Source: an uncultured Solirubrobacterales bacterium (GTDB lineage: Bacteria > Actinomycetota > Thermoleophilia > Solirubrobacterales > Solirubrobacteraceae). From it: a DNA stretch of 64,000 bases. Below are positions 38,556 through 48,192 of the stretch, piece after piece (the first letter of the stretch is position 1; every line of letters starts with the position of its first letter). The stretch covers positions 394,421-458,420 of the forward strand of contig OY970158.1 in assembly GCA_963706395.1 (NCBI GenBank), written 5' to 3'. The position numbers and the translations under genes are program-made. The notes under the pieces are model-generated. The model was not told where the DNA came from. It was given only the letters and a program-made list of their open reading frames with translations, and ran no database searches.

Positions 38556-39578
38556 GTGCTTGGCACGCGAGCGACTGAGGACGCCGCCAGGGGCGGCGAG
38601 AACCCGCCGGTCAAGGCGAGGGGGCTTGTTAAGCGCTACAGCGAGGAGGTCCTGGCGGTCGACCACATCGACCTCAACGTCCAGACCGGCGATGTGTACG
38701 GGTTCCTCGGACCCAACGGCGCGGGCAAGACGACGACGCTGCGGATGGCCCTCGGCCTGATCATGCCCACGGAGGGGACGGTCGAGCTGTTTGGGCGCGA
38801 TCCGCTCCGCGAAGGCGCGCGCGCTCTGGAGGGAGTCGCCGGGTTCGTCGAGGCGCCGCGCTTCTACCCCTACCTGACGGGGCGCAAGAACCTCGAGCTG
38901 CTCGCCGCGCTCGACGGTGGCGGCGCGAAGGAGCGCATCGACGAGGTTCTTCAGACCGTCGAGCTGGCCCCGCGAGCCAAGCACAAGGTTGGCGGCTATT
39001 CGCATGGGATGCGCCAGCGGCTGGGGATCGCCGCGGCGCTGCTGCGCAAGCCGCGCCTGCTGATCCTCGACGAGCCCGCCACGGGCCTGGACCCCGCTGG
39101 GATGCGCGACATGCGTCTGTTGATCCGCCGTCTGGCCGACGAGGGGATCACCGTACTGCTCTCCAGCCACCAGCTCCCCGAGGTGCAGGAACTGTGCGAC
39201 CGCGTGGCGATCGTCGATCGCGGGCGCGTCGTTTACGAGGGCGCCCTCGCCGACCTGCGCCGTCAGGGCGGAGCCGGATACCGGCTGCGTAGTACCGACG
39301 ACACGCGGGCACTCGAGATAGCCCGCACGCAGGGTGGCATCGAGCACGCCGCGAGCAGCGAGCATGGCCTGAGCTTCCAGGCCGACGAGCAGCACACCGG
39401 CGCGCTATCGCTCGCGCTAGGCGCGGCCGGAGTGGGCATCCTCGCCCTGACCCCCGAGCTGGCGACGCTCGAGGACCTGTTCTTCCGGCTGACCGAAGCC
39501 AACGGCGCCAGCAGCTCTGAACAGGCCAGCACCGACGGCCCAAAGATCCCGGCCGAGCGTGTGGCAGAGGCCTCATGA
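38556..39578 (+). CDS. ABC transporter ATP-binding protein
   Basis: GPNGAGKT, YSHGMRQR, LILDEP, SSH. Confidence 0.95.
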   Translation: MLGTRATEDAARGGENPPVKARGLVKRYSEEVLAVDHIDLNVQTGDVYGFLGPNGAGKTTTLRMALGLIMPTEGTVELFGRDPLREGARALEGVAGFVEAPRFYPYLTGRKNLELLAALDGGGAKERIDEVLQTVELAPRAKHKVGGYSHGMRQRLGIAAALLRKPRLLILDEPATGLDPAGMRDMRLLIRRLADEGITVLLSSHQLPEVQELCDRVAIVDRGRVVYEGALADLRRQGGAGYRLRSTDDTRALEIARTQGGIEHAASSEHGLSFQADEQHTGALSLALGAAGVGILALTPELATLEDLFFRLTEANGASSSEQASTDGPKIPAERVAEAS

Positions 39579-40465
39579 GCAGCGTCGCGAGCGCACCCAC
39601 GGTGCCGGCCCGGAGCGGTGCGGGCGAGCTCCCATTCAAACGGCCCTCGACGCTCACGGCCTACCGCTGGGAGCTGCGCAAGCTGATCTCGCAGAAGCGC
39701 ACCTACATGGGACTGGGGCTGGCGGTCATCCTGCCGATCGTCTTCGTCGTGTTCCAGAACCTGCACCAGCGCCACGATCACGGCGGCGGGGACAACCCCT
39801 TCGCCCGTCAGATCACTCAGTCCGGGCTGGCGACGCCGGTGCTGATGCTGCTGTTCCTGTCCGTCTTCATGCTGCCCCTAATCGCCGCCCTGGTCGCCGG
39901 GGACATCGTCGCCGCCGAGGACGGCAACGGAACCTTGAAGACGATCCTCACGCGCTCGGTCGATCGCGGCCAGGTGTTCACCGCCAAGGCCCTCGCTGCG
40001 TTGACCTACGCCACGATTGCGGTGTTCCTGTCGGCCGCGGTGGCGACCATCGGCGGCGTCGCCTCGTGGGGCTTTCATCACGTCGTCACCTACTCGGGAA
40101 CCGTCGTCTCGGCGCCGGAAGGCCTGCTGCTGGTGTTCGCCGCCAACGCGATCTACCTGATCCCGCTGCTGAGCGTGGCGAGCATCGGAGTGTTGCTGTC
40201 AACCGCCACGCGCAACAGCGCCGCGGCCGCGATCGGCACGGTGGGCATCGTCATCCTGCTGTTCGTCGTCGCGCAGATCCCGGGGTTGGAATCCATCAAG
40301 CCCTATCTGCTCACCGAACAGTTCGAGAACTGGCACGGCCTGCTGCGCACGCCCACCGACTGGGCGCCGATCTGGCATTCGTTGTGGCTCTGCGCCCTAT
40401 ACGCCGTCCCATCGCTGTTCGCGGCGTACCTCGTTTTCCTCAGGCGCGACGTCGCAGGCGGCTGA
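39575..40465 (+). CDS. ABC-2 type transporter permease
   Basis: GDIVAAEDGNGTLKTILTR motif; 6 TM helices; ATGA overlap. Confidence 0.9.
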   Translation: MSSVASAPTVPARSGAGELPFKRPSTLTAYRWELRKLISQKRTYMGLGLAVILPIVFVVFQNLHQRHDHGGGDNPFARQITQSGLATPVLMLLFLSVFMLPLIAALVAGDIVAAEDGNGTLKTILTRSVDRGQVFTAKALAALTYATIAVFLSAAVATIGGVASWGFHHVVTYSGTVVSAPEGLLLVFAANAIYLIPLLSVASIGVLLSTATRNSAAAAIGTVGIVILLFVVAQIPGLESIKPYLLTEQFENWHGLLRTPTDWAPIWHSLWLCALYAVPSLFAAYLVFLRRDVAGG

Positions 40466-40470
40466 GGCGT

Positions 40471-41430
40471 TCAGCCGACCTCGGCGGGCAGCTCGATCTC
40501 GCTCAGCTCGACATCGCCCATCAGGCGTTTTGCCTCGCGGGGATCGATCAGGCCCGCCCCCAGCCTGGACGTGGACTCGGCGCCGCACGCCACACCGAAG
40601 CGCAGGCACTGGTCGGGCGCACGACCCTCATAGCGCGCCGCCAGGTAGCCGGCCAGGAAGGCGTCACCGGAGCCGCGCTTGGCGATCGACTCGCGTGGCT
40701 GCACGCTCACACGCCTCACAGACGGCTGCCCGTCCACGAGCACCTGGGCGAAGCAGCCGTCGGGGAGCGTCATGATCGCCTCGCGCGGACCGAGTGCGGC
40801 GATCTCGCGTACCGCCTGCGAGCGTTCCTCTTCGCTCGAGAACTCGTGCCCCACAAGCTCCTCGGCCTCGATCACATTTGGGGAGACGACGTCGGGCTCG
40901 GCGCGAACCGCTTGGCGCAAGGGCTCGCCGTCGGTGTCGATCACCGTCGTGACCCCCGTCCGCTCCAGCTCGCGAATCAGCGTGGCGTAGATGTCGGACT
41001 CGATTCCGCGCGGGAGCGAGCCGGCGAACACTACGATCGCGGCACCGCGAGCGAGGTACAGCAGCTTGTCTCGGAACAGCTCCACCTCCCGCTCGGATAC
41101 CGAGGGGCCGCGTTCGTTGATCTCCGTCTGCTCACCGGTGGTTGGGTCGAGAACCGATGTGTTCGTGCGCGACTCCTCGCGGATGCGCACGAAATCGTTG
41201 AGGATCGACTCCTCGGTCAGCTGCTCGACGATGTGGGTCCCCGTGGCACCGCCCGCGAAGCCAGTGGCGATCACCGGCTGGCCGAGCGCCTTCAGTGTGC
41301 GGGCGATGTTCACGCCCTTCCCGCCGGCCATCGTGCGCTGCTCGACCGTGCGGTGCCGGCGCCCAAGCCGGAAGTTTGGCACCGAGAGCGACTTATCGAT
41401 CGCCGCGTTGAGCGTGACCGTGATGATCAT
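40471..41430 (-). CDS. 1-phosphofructokinase family hexose kinase (PfkB)
   Basis: ITVTLNAAID, GGKGVNIA, PNVIEA, GSGDAFLAG. Confidence 0.92.
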   Translation of the reverse strand: MIITVTLNAAIDKSLSVPNFRLGRRHRTVEQRTMAGGKGVNIARTLKALGQPVIATGFAGGATGTHIVEQLTEESILNDFVRIREESRTNTSVLDPTTGEQTEINERGPSVSEREVELFRDKLLYLARGAAIVVFAGSLPRGIESDIYATLIRELERTGVTTVIDTDGEPLRQAVRAEPDVVSPNVIEAEELVGHEFSSEEERSQAVREIAALGPREAIMTLPDGCFAQVLVDGQPSVRRVSVQPRESIAKRGSGDAFLAGYLAARYEGRAPDQCLRFGVACGAESTSRLGAGLIDPREAKRLMGDVELSEIELPAEVG

Positions 41431-41548
41431 CTCTGGCTCTGTACCCGCATTTCAGCGCGCCGAACAGCAGGTGGTGCCGTGGAGCGCACTCCCAGAGGCT
41501 AGCGGACCCATCTAAGAGCTTGTTCAATAGCGGTTGCGTCTCGCCCGG

Positions 41549-42436
41549 CTACCCCAGCGCCCACGTGGCCGCGCGCATACGCTCGGCCTCGGCGCGGGCG
41601 GCCTTGGCAGGGTCCTCGCCCGTGCCGTGATGAGCGTTTGCGATGCTGCGCGAGGCGGTGACGAGCCCGCCTGCGCGGCCCGGGGCGAAGGCGGGGGCGA
41701 GATCCTCCACCCGCCCCCCCTGCGCGCCCACCCCGGGGAGCAGGAACGTCGCCTGCCCCATCAGCTCGCGGGCGCGGGCCAGATGGCCCGGGACGGTCGC
41801 GCCGAGCACGGCGCCCACATCGCTGAACCCCGACTCACCCACACCGGGCTCGCCCAACTCGCCGGCGATGCCGGCCAGCCGTTCCCACACGCTCCCTCCA
41901 CCGGTCAGCTCGAGGTCCTCGACATCCGCCGCGCCCGGGTTGGAGGTGCGGACGAGCACCAGCACCCCGGCGCCCGCGGCACGCGCCTCGCTCACAAACG
42001 GCTCGAGGGCATCTCTGCCCATCAACGGGTTGACCGTCACCATGTCCGCGCCGAGCCCCGCCAGCACTCCGAACGGCGTCCGCACGCCACCGAACAGCGA
42101 TTGGGCGTAGGCAAGCGCAGTCACGTCGATGTCCCCGCGCTTGCCGTCGGCGATCACCAGCAGCCCCTGTTCTCGTGCACGCGCGGCGACCGTCTGCAGC
42201 GCGCTCCGTCCTGGGGCACCCAGCCGCTCGAAGCAGGCGAGCTGGAGCTTCGCCGCTACACACGCCTGCGCCGTCGCATCGATCAGCGCCCGGCAGTGAC
42301 CAGCCACCGCGGTCGCGGCGCGCTCAGCAGGGCTCCCCCCGGCGGATATGCCCAGCGCGGGCTCGCTCGCCGCCGGCCACAGCGCGCTCAGATCTGGGTC
42401 GAGGCCGAGGACGACCTGCGACTGGCGCTCCTCCAC
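41549..42436 (-). CDS. pyrF: Orotidine-5'-phosphate decarboxylase (start may lie up to ~42478)
   Basis: VLGLDP, DGKRGDI, TVNPLMG, LVRTSNPG, VLGAT, LLPGVGAQGG. Confidence 0.93.
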   Translation of the reverse strand: MEERQSQVVLGLDPDLSALWPAASEPALGISAGGSPAERAATAVAGHCRALIDATAQACVAAKLQLACFERLGAPGRSALQTVAARAREQGLLVIADGKRGDIDVTALAYAQSLFGGVRTPFGVLAGLGADMVTVNPLMGRDALEPFVSEARAAGAGVLVLVRTSNPGAADVEDLELTGGGSVWERLAGIAGELGEPGVGESGFSDVGAVLGATVPGHLARARELMGQATFLLPGVGAQGGRVEDLAPAFAPGRAGGLVTASRSIANAHHGTGEDPAKAARAEAERMRAATWALG

Positions 42437-42474
42437 GCGCGCCGCGAGGGTATCTCCGAAGGGCAGCCCCGGCG

Positions 42475-42753
42475 TCAGCGTCCCTTCACCGCGCTCTTCA
42501 GCCCGCTGCCCGCGGTGAACCGGGGAACGCGCGAGGCGGCGATCTGGATGCGCTCACCCGTGCGCGGATTTACGCCCATGCGCGCGCCGCGCTCGCCCAC
42601 GTGGAACTTGCCAAAACCCGACACAGTCACCTCGCTACCCCGGCGCAATGCGTCCTCCACCGTGGCCAGCACCGCATCTACCGCCCGCGCCGCATCCTGC
42701 TTGGTCAGATCGGCGCGATCGGACACCTGGTCGACCAACTCGGACTTCGTCAC
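42475..42753 (-). CDS. hup: DNA-binding protein HU
   Basis: MTKSELV, GFGKF, GVNPRTGE, PRFTAG..LK. Confidence 0.95.
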   Translation of the reverse strand: MTKSELVDQVSDRADLTKQDAARAVDAVLATVEDALRRGSEVTVSGFGKFHVGERGARMGVNPRTGERIQIAASRVPRFTAGSGLKSAVKGR

Positions 42754-42832
42754 TTCGTCCTCCTAGCTCGTGAATCGTTACCCCGAAGCTAACACCGCGC
42801 GCGGACGGCCGCATCCGCCACAATGGCCGGGA

Positions 42833-42973
42833 ATGACCGTCAACCGCATCGCCTGGAGCGTAACCGTGCTCGTCGCGCTGATCACCGCGCTCTTGCTGCT
42901 GCTCTCCGGCTACAACGGCTATGCCGGACTCGGTCTCGCCGTGGCGATCTCGGCCGCGATCAACCTTCGCTAG
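42833..42973 (+). CDS. Small two-helix membrane protein, 46 aa
   Basis: MTVNRIAWSVTVLVALIT...AINLR; hydrophobic hairpin. Confidence 0.5.
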   Translation: MTVNRIAWSVTVLVALITALLLLLSGYNGYAGLGLAVAISAAINLR

Positions 42974-43021
42974 TCGAGCACGCTGCGGCGAGCACAGCTC
43001 GACGCAGCGTGCTCGGCGACT

Positions 43022-43606
43022 TCAATCAGCCCGGCCGTCTTGGTCCAGCCACGAGAGCAGCGCCCGCACCGCGCGCCCGCGGTGGGAGATCGCGTCCTTC
43101 TGCTCGCCGGTCAGCTCGGCCATCGTCAGAGCGGCCGGACCGTCGTCGGGCAGAAACGCGGGGTCATAGCCGAAGCCCCGCTCACCGCGCGGCTCCGCCG
43201 CAAGGCGTCCGGCACAACGGCCCTCGAATAGCCGCTCGATGCCCCGCCGGGGATCGACATAGGCGATCGCACAGGCGTATTCGAGTGCGCTCCCGTCCGG
43301 TGCCTCTGCCAACAGCTTCTCGAGGTTCTCACGATCGCTCGCCCGCTCACCGGCGTAGCGAGCCGAGCGCACCCCCGGCGTGCCGCCCAGCGCAGCCGCC
43401 TCGATACCGGAGTCATCAGCGATGCTCACCTTCCCCGTCGCCTGCGCGGCGGCGCGTGCCTTGCCGAGAGCGTTCTGGGCAAACGTCTCCCCCACCTCCG
43501 GCGGCAGAGTCACACCTACGGGCAGCAGCTCCACCTCATGACCAGCAAGCAGGCGACCGAACTCACGGCGCTTGTGCTCGTTGTGGGTGGCCAGCAAGAG
43601 CCTCAC
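43022..43606 (-). CDS. rdgB: dITP/XTP pyrophosphatase
   Basis: LLATHNEHK, NALGKA, DDSGI, PGVRSARY, GFGYDP, ISHRGRA. Confidence 0.95.
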   Translation of the reverse strand: MRLLLATHNEHKRREFGRLLAGHEVELLPVGVTLPPEVGETFAQNALGKARAAAQATGKVSIADDSGIEAAALGGTPGVRSARYAGERASDRENLEKLLAEAPDGSALEYACAIAYVDPRRGIERLFEGRCAGRLAAEPRGERGFGYDPAFLPDDGPAALTMAELTGEQKDAISHRGRAVRALLSWLDQDGRAD

Positions 43607-43673
43607 GCTGATCCGTTGGGCCTAGCGCAACGAACCCGCACCGTTCGGCCTACCGCCCGCTGGCGCGCGAGAC

Positions 43674-43961
43674 CTACAGAGTCTGCAGGTTGTGTACGGG
43701 GAACTCCTTTACGTCCGGCGGGCTGGGGAACCCACGGTCGCCAAGGCTCTGAAGGCGTGGCATAAGCCGCTCTCCAACGAAACTGTCGAAGGCCTCGCGC
43801 GACTCCCAGAAATCGATCACGCCCCAGCCACCGTCGACCGGACCGGCCGCGTGGACGATCATTCCCGCGGGCGGATTGGTGTCGATCTCCATGAGCGCGT
43901 GTGCCGCGTCGTAGTTCTCCTGCGTTCCTCCAGCGAACTTGAGTCTTATACCTACAGCCAT
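43674..43961 (-). CDS. Hypothetical ABM-like small protein
   Basis: HAAGP.DGGW.VIDFWESREAFDSF pattern. Confidence 0.7.
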   Translation of the reverse strand: MAVGIRLKFAGGTQENYDAAHALMEIDTNPPAGMIVHAAGPVDGGWGVIDFWESREAFDSFVGERLMPRLQSLGDRGFPSPPDVKEFPVHNLQTL

Positions 43962-44226
43962 TGCGAACCCTCCTCGGATATGTCAAGCGAGTATAGGCCG
44001 AGCGCACCGCTCCCCGCCTGACAGAACACAACTGCGCTGGCTGGCCGCCGGCTCATCATGCAACCCTCGCGCGCACGGACCGTGAGCGCCCTGGCCCGCG
44101 GTCCCAATCAGCGTCTTGAGTCCTGGACAGCCGGTCCACCCGACGGGAGTTGGCGGCGATACTCTCCAAATGTGAGCCCCTGACCTGCCCTGCCACGGTG
44201 GGCAGCGCGAGAAATTGGAGCTTCGG

Positions 44227-45117
44227 ATGGCACCTCGAACAAAACGCAGCGACGAAGGCGTCAGGCGCACAACCTTGCACGGTCATGACGTGGCCTACCG
44301 CCAGGCGGGCAGCGGCCCCGTCCTGGTGCTCATCCACGGGATCACATCCAGCTCGGCGACCTGGGAGCGGGTGATGCCCCGCCTCGCCGAGCGCTTTACC
44401 GTGATAGCCCCCGACCTGGCGGGTCACGGCGAGTCGGCCAAGCCCAAGGGCGATTATTCACTCGGCGCCCATGCGAGCAGCCTGCGCGATCTGCTGCTCG
44501 ACCTCGGACACGAGCGGGCAACATTTGTGGGGCACTCACTCGGCGGCGGAATCGCGATGCAGTTCTCCTACCAGTTCCCCGAGCGCTGCGAGCGACTCGT
44601 GCTGGTAGACAGCGGCGGTCTTGGCCGCGACGTCAGTTGGCTGCTTCGGGCCGCAACGCTTCCCGGCTCCGAGCTCGTGCTGCCCTTTCTCGCGGCAACC
44701 CGCCTGCTCGACGCCGGCGCGCGGGCCGGCGGCTTGCTCAGCCGGCTGAGCCTGGGCCTTCCGACGGATCTCAAGGAGATGGCGCGTGGGCATTCGACGC
44801 TGTCCGACAGCGCCGCCCGTGCCGCCTTCGTCCACACACTTCGCTCGGTCGTCGAGCCCGGCGGCCAGCGGGTCGACGCATCAAACCGGCTCTACCTGGC
44901 CGAACATCTGCCGTTTCTGCTGATCTGGGGCGAGCGCGACTCGATCATCCCCGTCTCCCACGGACATGCGACCCACGAACGGATGCCCAACAGTCGCCTG
45001 GAGGTCTTCCCGCGCTCGGGCCACTTCCCCCAGCTCGACGAGCCCGAGCGCTTCCTGGACGTGCTCATCGAGTTCATGGACTCGACCGAGCCGGCCGCGC
45101 TCAACGCGAACATCTAG
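44227..45117 (+). CDS. Alpha/beta hydrolase
   Basis: LIHGI, PDLAGHG, GHSLGG, IWGERD, GHFP. Confidence 0.93.
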   Translation: MAPRTKRSDEGVRRTTLHGHDVAYRQAGSGPVLVLIHGITSSSATWERVMPRLAERFTVIAPDLAGHGESAKPKGDYSLGAHASSLRDLLLDLGHERATFVGHSLGGGIAMQFSYQFPERCERLVLVDSGGLGRDVSWLLRAATLPGSELVLPFLAATRLLDAGARAGGLLSRLSLGLPTDLKEMARGHSTLSDSAARAAFVHTLRSVVEPGGQRVDASNRLYLAEHLPFLLIWGERDSIIPVSHGHATHERMPNSRLEVFPRSGHFPQLDEPERFLDVLIEFMDSTEPAALNANI

Positions 45118-45305
45118 GTCGAGCGCCTGCGTTGAGAGAGCGCTTGGCTTGACGCATCCCGTCCCGGTAGAGCATGTCGAGCAGCGCGTCAACCGGCTAG
45201 TCCCGGTTGCCGGGATAGCTCTGTAGCCCACCAGGTGCAAGGTGATCGGCGGCCGTCGGTTTATGAGGTCGCTGCTTTGGATCGATGTAAATAAAATAGC
45301 TATGG

Positions 45306-45315
45306 AGTTATAACT
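45306..45315. promoter_or_regulatory. Candidate autoregulatory operator of the TA operon
   Basis: Perfect palindrome AGTTATAACT in an AT-rich stretch just upstream of the HTH gene. Confidence 0.4.
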
Positions 45316-45332
45316 TCGCTAAAATAATAGAC

Positions 45333-45662
45333 ATGACTTCTAACCTCTCCTACTCCCTGCCGACACGTGAAGCCGCGCGCCTCCTAGGCATGCGCATCCG
45401 CGCCGCCCGTCTGCAGCGCCGCTGGAGCATCCAAGAGCTCGCCAGCCGAGTGGGCGTGACCCATGCAACGATCCACAAGGTCGAGCGCGGCAACCTATCG
45501 GTCAAGTTGGGGACTGCCTTGGAGGCTGCCGCGATACTTGGTATCCCGCTCTTCGACAGCGACCGCTCACGCCGGCGCCTTGAGACCGAACGCGCCCGGG
45601 ACCAGCTCGCCCTGCTTCCCCAGCTCGCCCGCAGGCCGAGGAACATCGACGATGCCTTCTGA
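45333..45662 (+). CDS. XRE-family HTH antitoxin (HipB-like)
   Basis: IRAARLQRRWSIQELASRVGVTHATIHKVERG; overlaps the hipA start. Confidence 0.85.
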   Translation: MTSNLSYSLPTREAARLLGMRIRAARLQRRWSIQELASRVGVTHATIHKVERGNLSVKLGTALEAAAILGIPLFDSDRSRRRLETERARDQLALLPQLARRPRNIDDAF

Positions 45663-46887
45663 GCCCGAGCTAGCGTTCGTCTGGATCTGGCTGCCCGGAG
45701 CGAGTGAGCCTGTCATCGCCGGGCGTCTGGACCGAGGGGATGCCGGGATCATCTCATTCACATACGGGCAAAGCTATCTCGCGCGGGAGAACGCGATCCC
45801 GATCTACCTACCAGAGCTGCCGCTGCAGCGAGGGCCGATCGAGCCCGTGGCTCAAGACATCGCAGGATGCATAGCCGACGCTGCGCCCGACTCGTGGGGA
45901 CAGCGGGTGATCCTCAACGAGATCGTGGGCGCGGACGCCCTCGACACTGCGGACCTCGGGATTCTTACCTACCTGCTCGAGTCCGGCTCTGAGCGCACTG
46001 GGGCGCTCGACTTCCAGACTTCGGCAAGCGACTACGTCCCTCGGCACACTGAGGAGGCCCCCCTGGACGAGCTCGCGCGCTCGACAGATCTCGTCGAAAA
46101 AGGGATCCCGCTGAGCCCAGGCCTGAGTCGTGCCCTCCTACACGGAAGCTCGCTCGGTGGTGCGCGACCCAAAGCATTGATCCGCGACGGCGAGCGGCAG
46201 ATGATTGCGAAGTTCTCGCGCGACGGCGACCGCTACCCGGTGGTCAAGGGCGAGTTCCTTGCGATGAGACTCGCGGCCAGGGCCGGCCTCAACGTCGCAC
46301 CCGTAAAGCTCGCGATAGCGGCGGAGAAGGACGTCCTCTTGGTCGAGCGTTTCGACCGTAGAGGAGAGGGCGGTCGCCTAGCGATGGTGTCGGCGCTGAC
46401 GATTCTCGGTCTCGGCGAAATCGGCGTGACCGAGGGAAGCTACGCGCAGCTCGCCCATGTGATCAGAGCACGGTTCAGCGACCCGGTTGCGACGCTGCGC
46501 GAGCTGTTCGCCAGGATCACGTTCAACATCCTTTGCTCGAACACCGACGACCATGCCCGAAACCACGCCGCGCTCTGGGACGGTGAGCAGCTCACGCTCA
46601 CACCAGCGTTCGATATCTGCCCGCAGCCGCGCTCCGGCGGCGAGGCTGCGCAGCTGATGGCGATCGGAGACGACGGCTACCGGCTCAGCCAGCTCACAGG
46701 GTGCGTAGCGCGGGCGGGCACCTATCTCCTATCCGCGAGTGAGGCCCGCGGAATTATCGATACCCAGATCGAGGTCATCAACGAGGGGTGGGAGCAAGTG
46801 TGCGAGGAGGCGCAGCTGAGCCAGGTCGATCGGGCGGCCTTCCGGGAGCGTCAGTTTCTGAACCCCTACAGCATGCAAGGGTATTAG
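45652..46887 (+). CDS. hipA: HipA-family Ser/Thr kinase toxin
   Basis: GSSLGGARPK, IAKF, LLVERFDR, NTDDHARNH, TPAFD. Confidence 0.92.
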   Translation: MPSEPELAFVWIWLPGASEPVIAGRLDRGDAGIISFTYGQSYLARENAIPIYLPELPLQRGPIEPVAQDIAGCIADAAPDSWGQRVILNEIVGADALDTADLGILTYLLESGSERTGALDFQTSASDYVPRHTEEAPLDELARSTDLVEKGIPLSPGLSRALLHGSSLGGARPKALIRDGERQMIAKFSRDGDRYPVVKGEFLAMRLAARAGLNVAPVKLAIAAEKDVLLVERFDRRGEGGRLAMVSALTILGLGEIGVTEGSYAQLAHVIRARFSDPVATLRELFARITFNILCSNTDDHARNHAALWDGEQLTLTPAFDICPQPRSGGEAAQLMAIGDDGYRLSQLTGCVARAGTYLLSASEARGIIDTQIEVINEGWEQVCEEAQLSQVDRAAFRERQFLNPYSMQGY

Positions 46888-46979
46888 GGCTCCCAGGGGC
46901 CTCACCTCGCCACGCGGGTTCAGGGCGCACACGACCCAAAGGTTCTGTACATCGGCAGTGTCGGTCGATGTCAGTCGGT

Positions 46980-47165
46980 TTAGTCGCGTACGAAGACGGG
47001 CTTGTAGGAGGGGTTTGAGAGCGCCTCGGGTGCCGTCTCCCAGTCGAGGATCTCGCTCGTCACCCGCTCCGGACTGATGATCTGATCGGCTGTCATCTGG
47101 AGCAGTCTCGGGATGTGTGGCCGTGCGTTTCCGCGAGCGGTGTGGAAGTGCACGCCGCGGATCGG
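46980..47165 (-). pseudogene. C-terminal remnant of a zinc-binding alcohol dehydrogenase
   Basis: GVHFHTARGNARPHIP...PERVTSEILDWETAPEAL...KPVFVR resembles an MDR C-terminus; no N-terminal portion present. Confidence 0.5.
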
Positions 47166-47263
47166 CCGGCCCGCGTGCTCTCGGTGATAAAGGCGCATCA
47201 TGCGGCACGATAGTGGCCTGTGCGAGAGCTCGCCCGATCAGTGGGATTCGGGCTGCGCTTGCC

Positions 47264-47330
47264 GGCCTGCGGTCAAGAAGGTGAAGGGATATCCAGGCGT
47301 CTGGGAGATGACCTGAGCACCGAACAGACC
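47264..47330 (+). pseudogene. Possible remnant of an actinobacterial RelE-like toxin family
   Basis: GLR|VKKVKGYPGVWEMT*APN with a 1-nt slip and TGA at an expected Trp. Confidence 0.35.
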
Positions 47331-47338
47331 CGCCAGCC

Positions 47339-48025
47339 TCATCTCTCACAGGCGGCTAGGAGGCGGTCACGGCCAGCGTGCTTGGCTGCGTGAAGCGCGC
47401 GGTCTGCCCGTGCGAGCAGGGACTCCGCGGACTCCGATCCGTCCCACGTCGCGATGCCACCCGAGACGGTCTGCCCGTCGGGTGTGACCGTGCGCAGACG
47501 CTCGACGACATCGGTTGCGCCAGCGGGCGGGCAATCCGGCAGGATCACGATGAACTCCTCCCCACCGTAGCGGCCGATGAAGTCGCTCTGGCGGATCTCG
47601 ATCCGCCACGCCGCGGCGGCGTCGCGCAACAGCATGTCACCGGCGGAATGCCCATGGCGGTCGTTGTAGTCCTTGAAACGATCGATGTCGAGCATCGCAA
47701 TGGTTACCTGGTAGCCCATCCGCCTGGCGCGAGCCAGCTCGCGGCGGATCTCCTCGTCCAATGCCCGCCGGTTCGCGAGCCCGGTCAGCTCGTCGGTCCG
47801 GGCCATCGCCTCCACCCGCGCGAGCAGAGCCTCTCGCTCGGACTCCGCCGGGGACGCGTTGAGGTCGTTACGGAAGCCGGCGTCCGGGACCAGGCGCCGC
47901 GCCGCTGCCCGCACGAGGATCGTCTCGGCGATGAGAGCCTCATCGACCGCGTACTGCGAGTCGCTCACAAGCTCTTGGAGCAGGCGTATCCGCTGTCGCA
48001 TACTGATCAACATCTGTATCGGCAT
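47339..48025 (-). CDS. Diguanylate cyclase (GGDEF) with a short FlgM-like N-terminal segment
   Basis: DELTGLANRR, MLDIDRFK.YND.HGH..GD, RYGGEEF, SGG, RAD.AL..AK..GRD. Confidence 0.88.
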   Translation of the reverse strand: MPIQMLISMRQRIRLLQELVSDSQYAVDEALIAETILVRAAARRLVPDAGFRNDLNASPAESEREALLARVEAMARTDELTGLANRRALDEEIRRELARARRMGYQVTIAMLDIDRFKDYNDRHGHSAGDMLLRDAAAAWRIEIRQSDFIGRYGGEEFIVILPDCPPAGATDVVERLRTVTPDGQTVSGGIATWDGSESAESLLARADRALHAAKHAGRDRLLAACER

Positions 48026-48192
48026 CGCCAGCGACAGAGAGCTCTTCGCCGGGGTCGCTGGACGAGCGTATGAAATCGCGCAGGACGTAAAGGAACCCGA
48101 GGAATGCCGCCGACGGCGGTCGGTCGCGATGGCGCCGCCGTGCAGCGCGTCGACTGGGACGAGCAGCTGAGCTATCCAGGCTGCTGGTGGAG

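Noticed and set aside
39559-41502. Long alternative-frame ORFs (also 4335-5195, 5391-6524, 12303-13286, 13457-14977)
   Set aside because: Shadow ORFs typical of high-GC DNA, overlapping well-supported genes, Arg/Ala-rich with no motifs.
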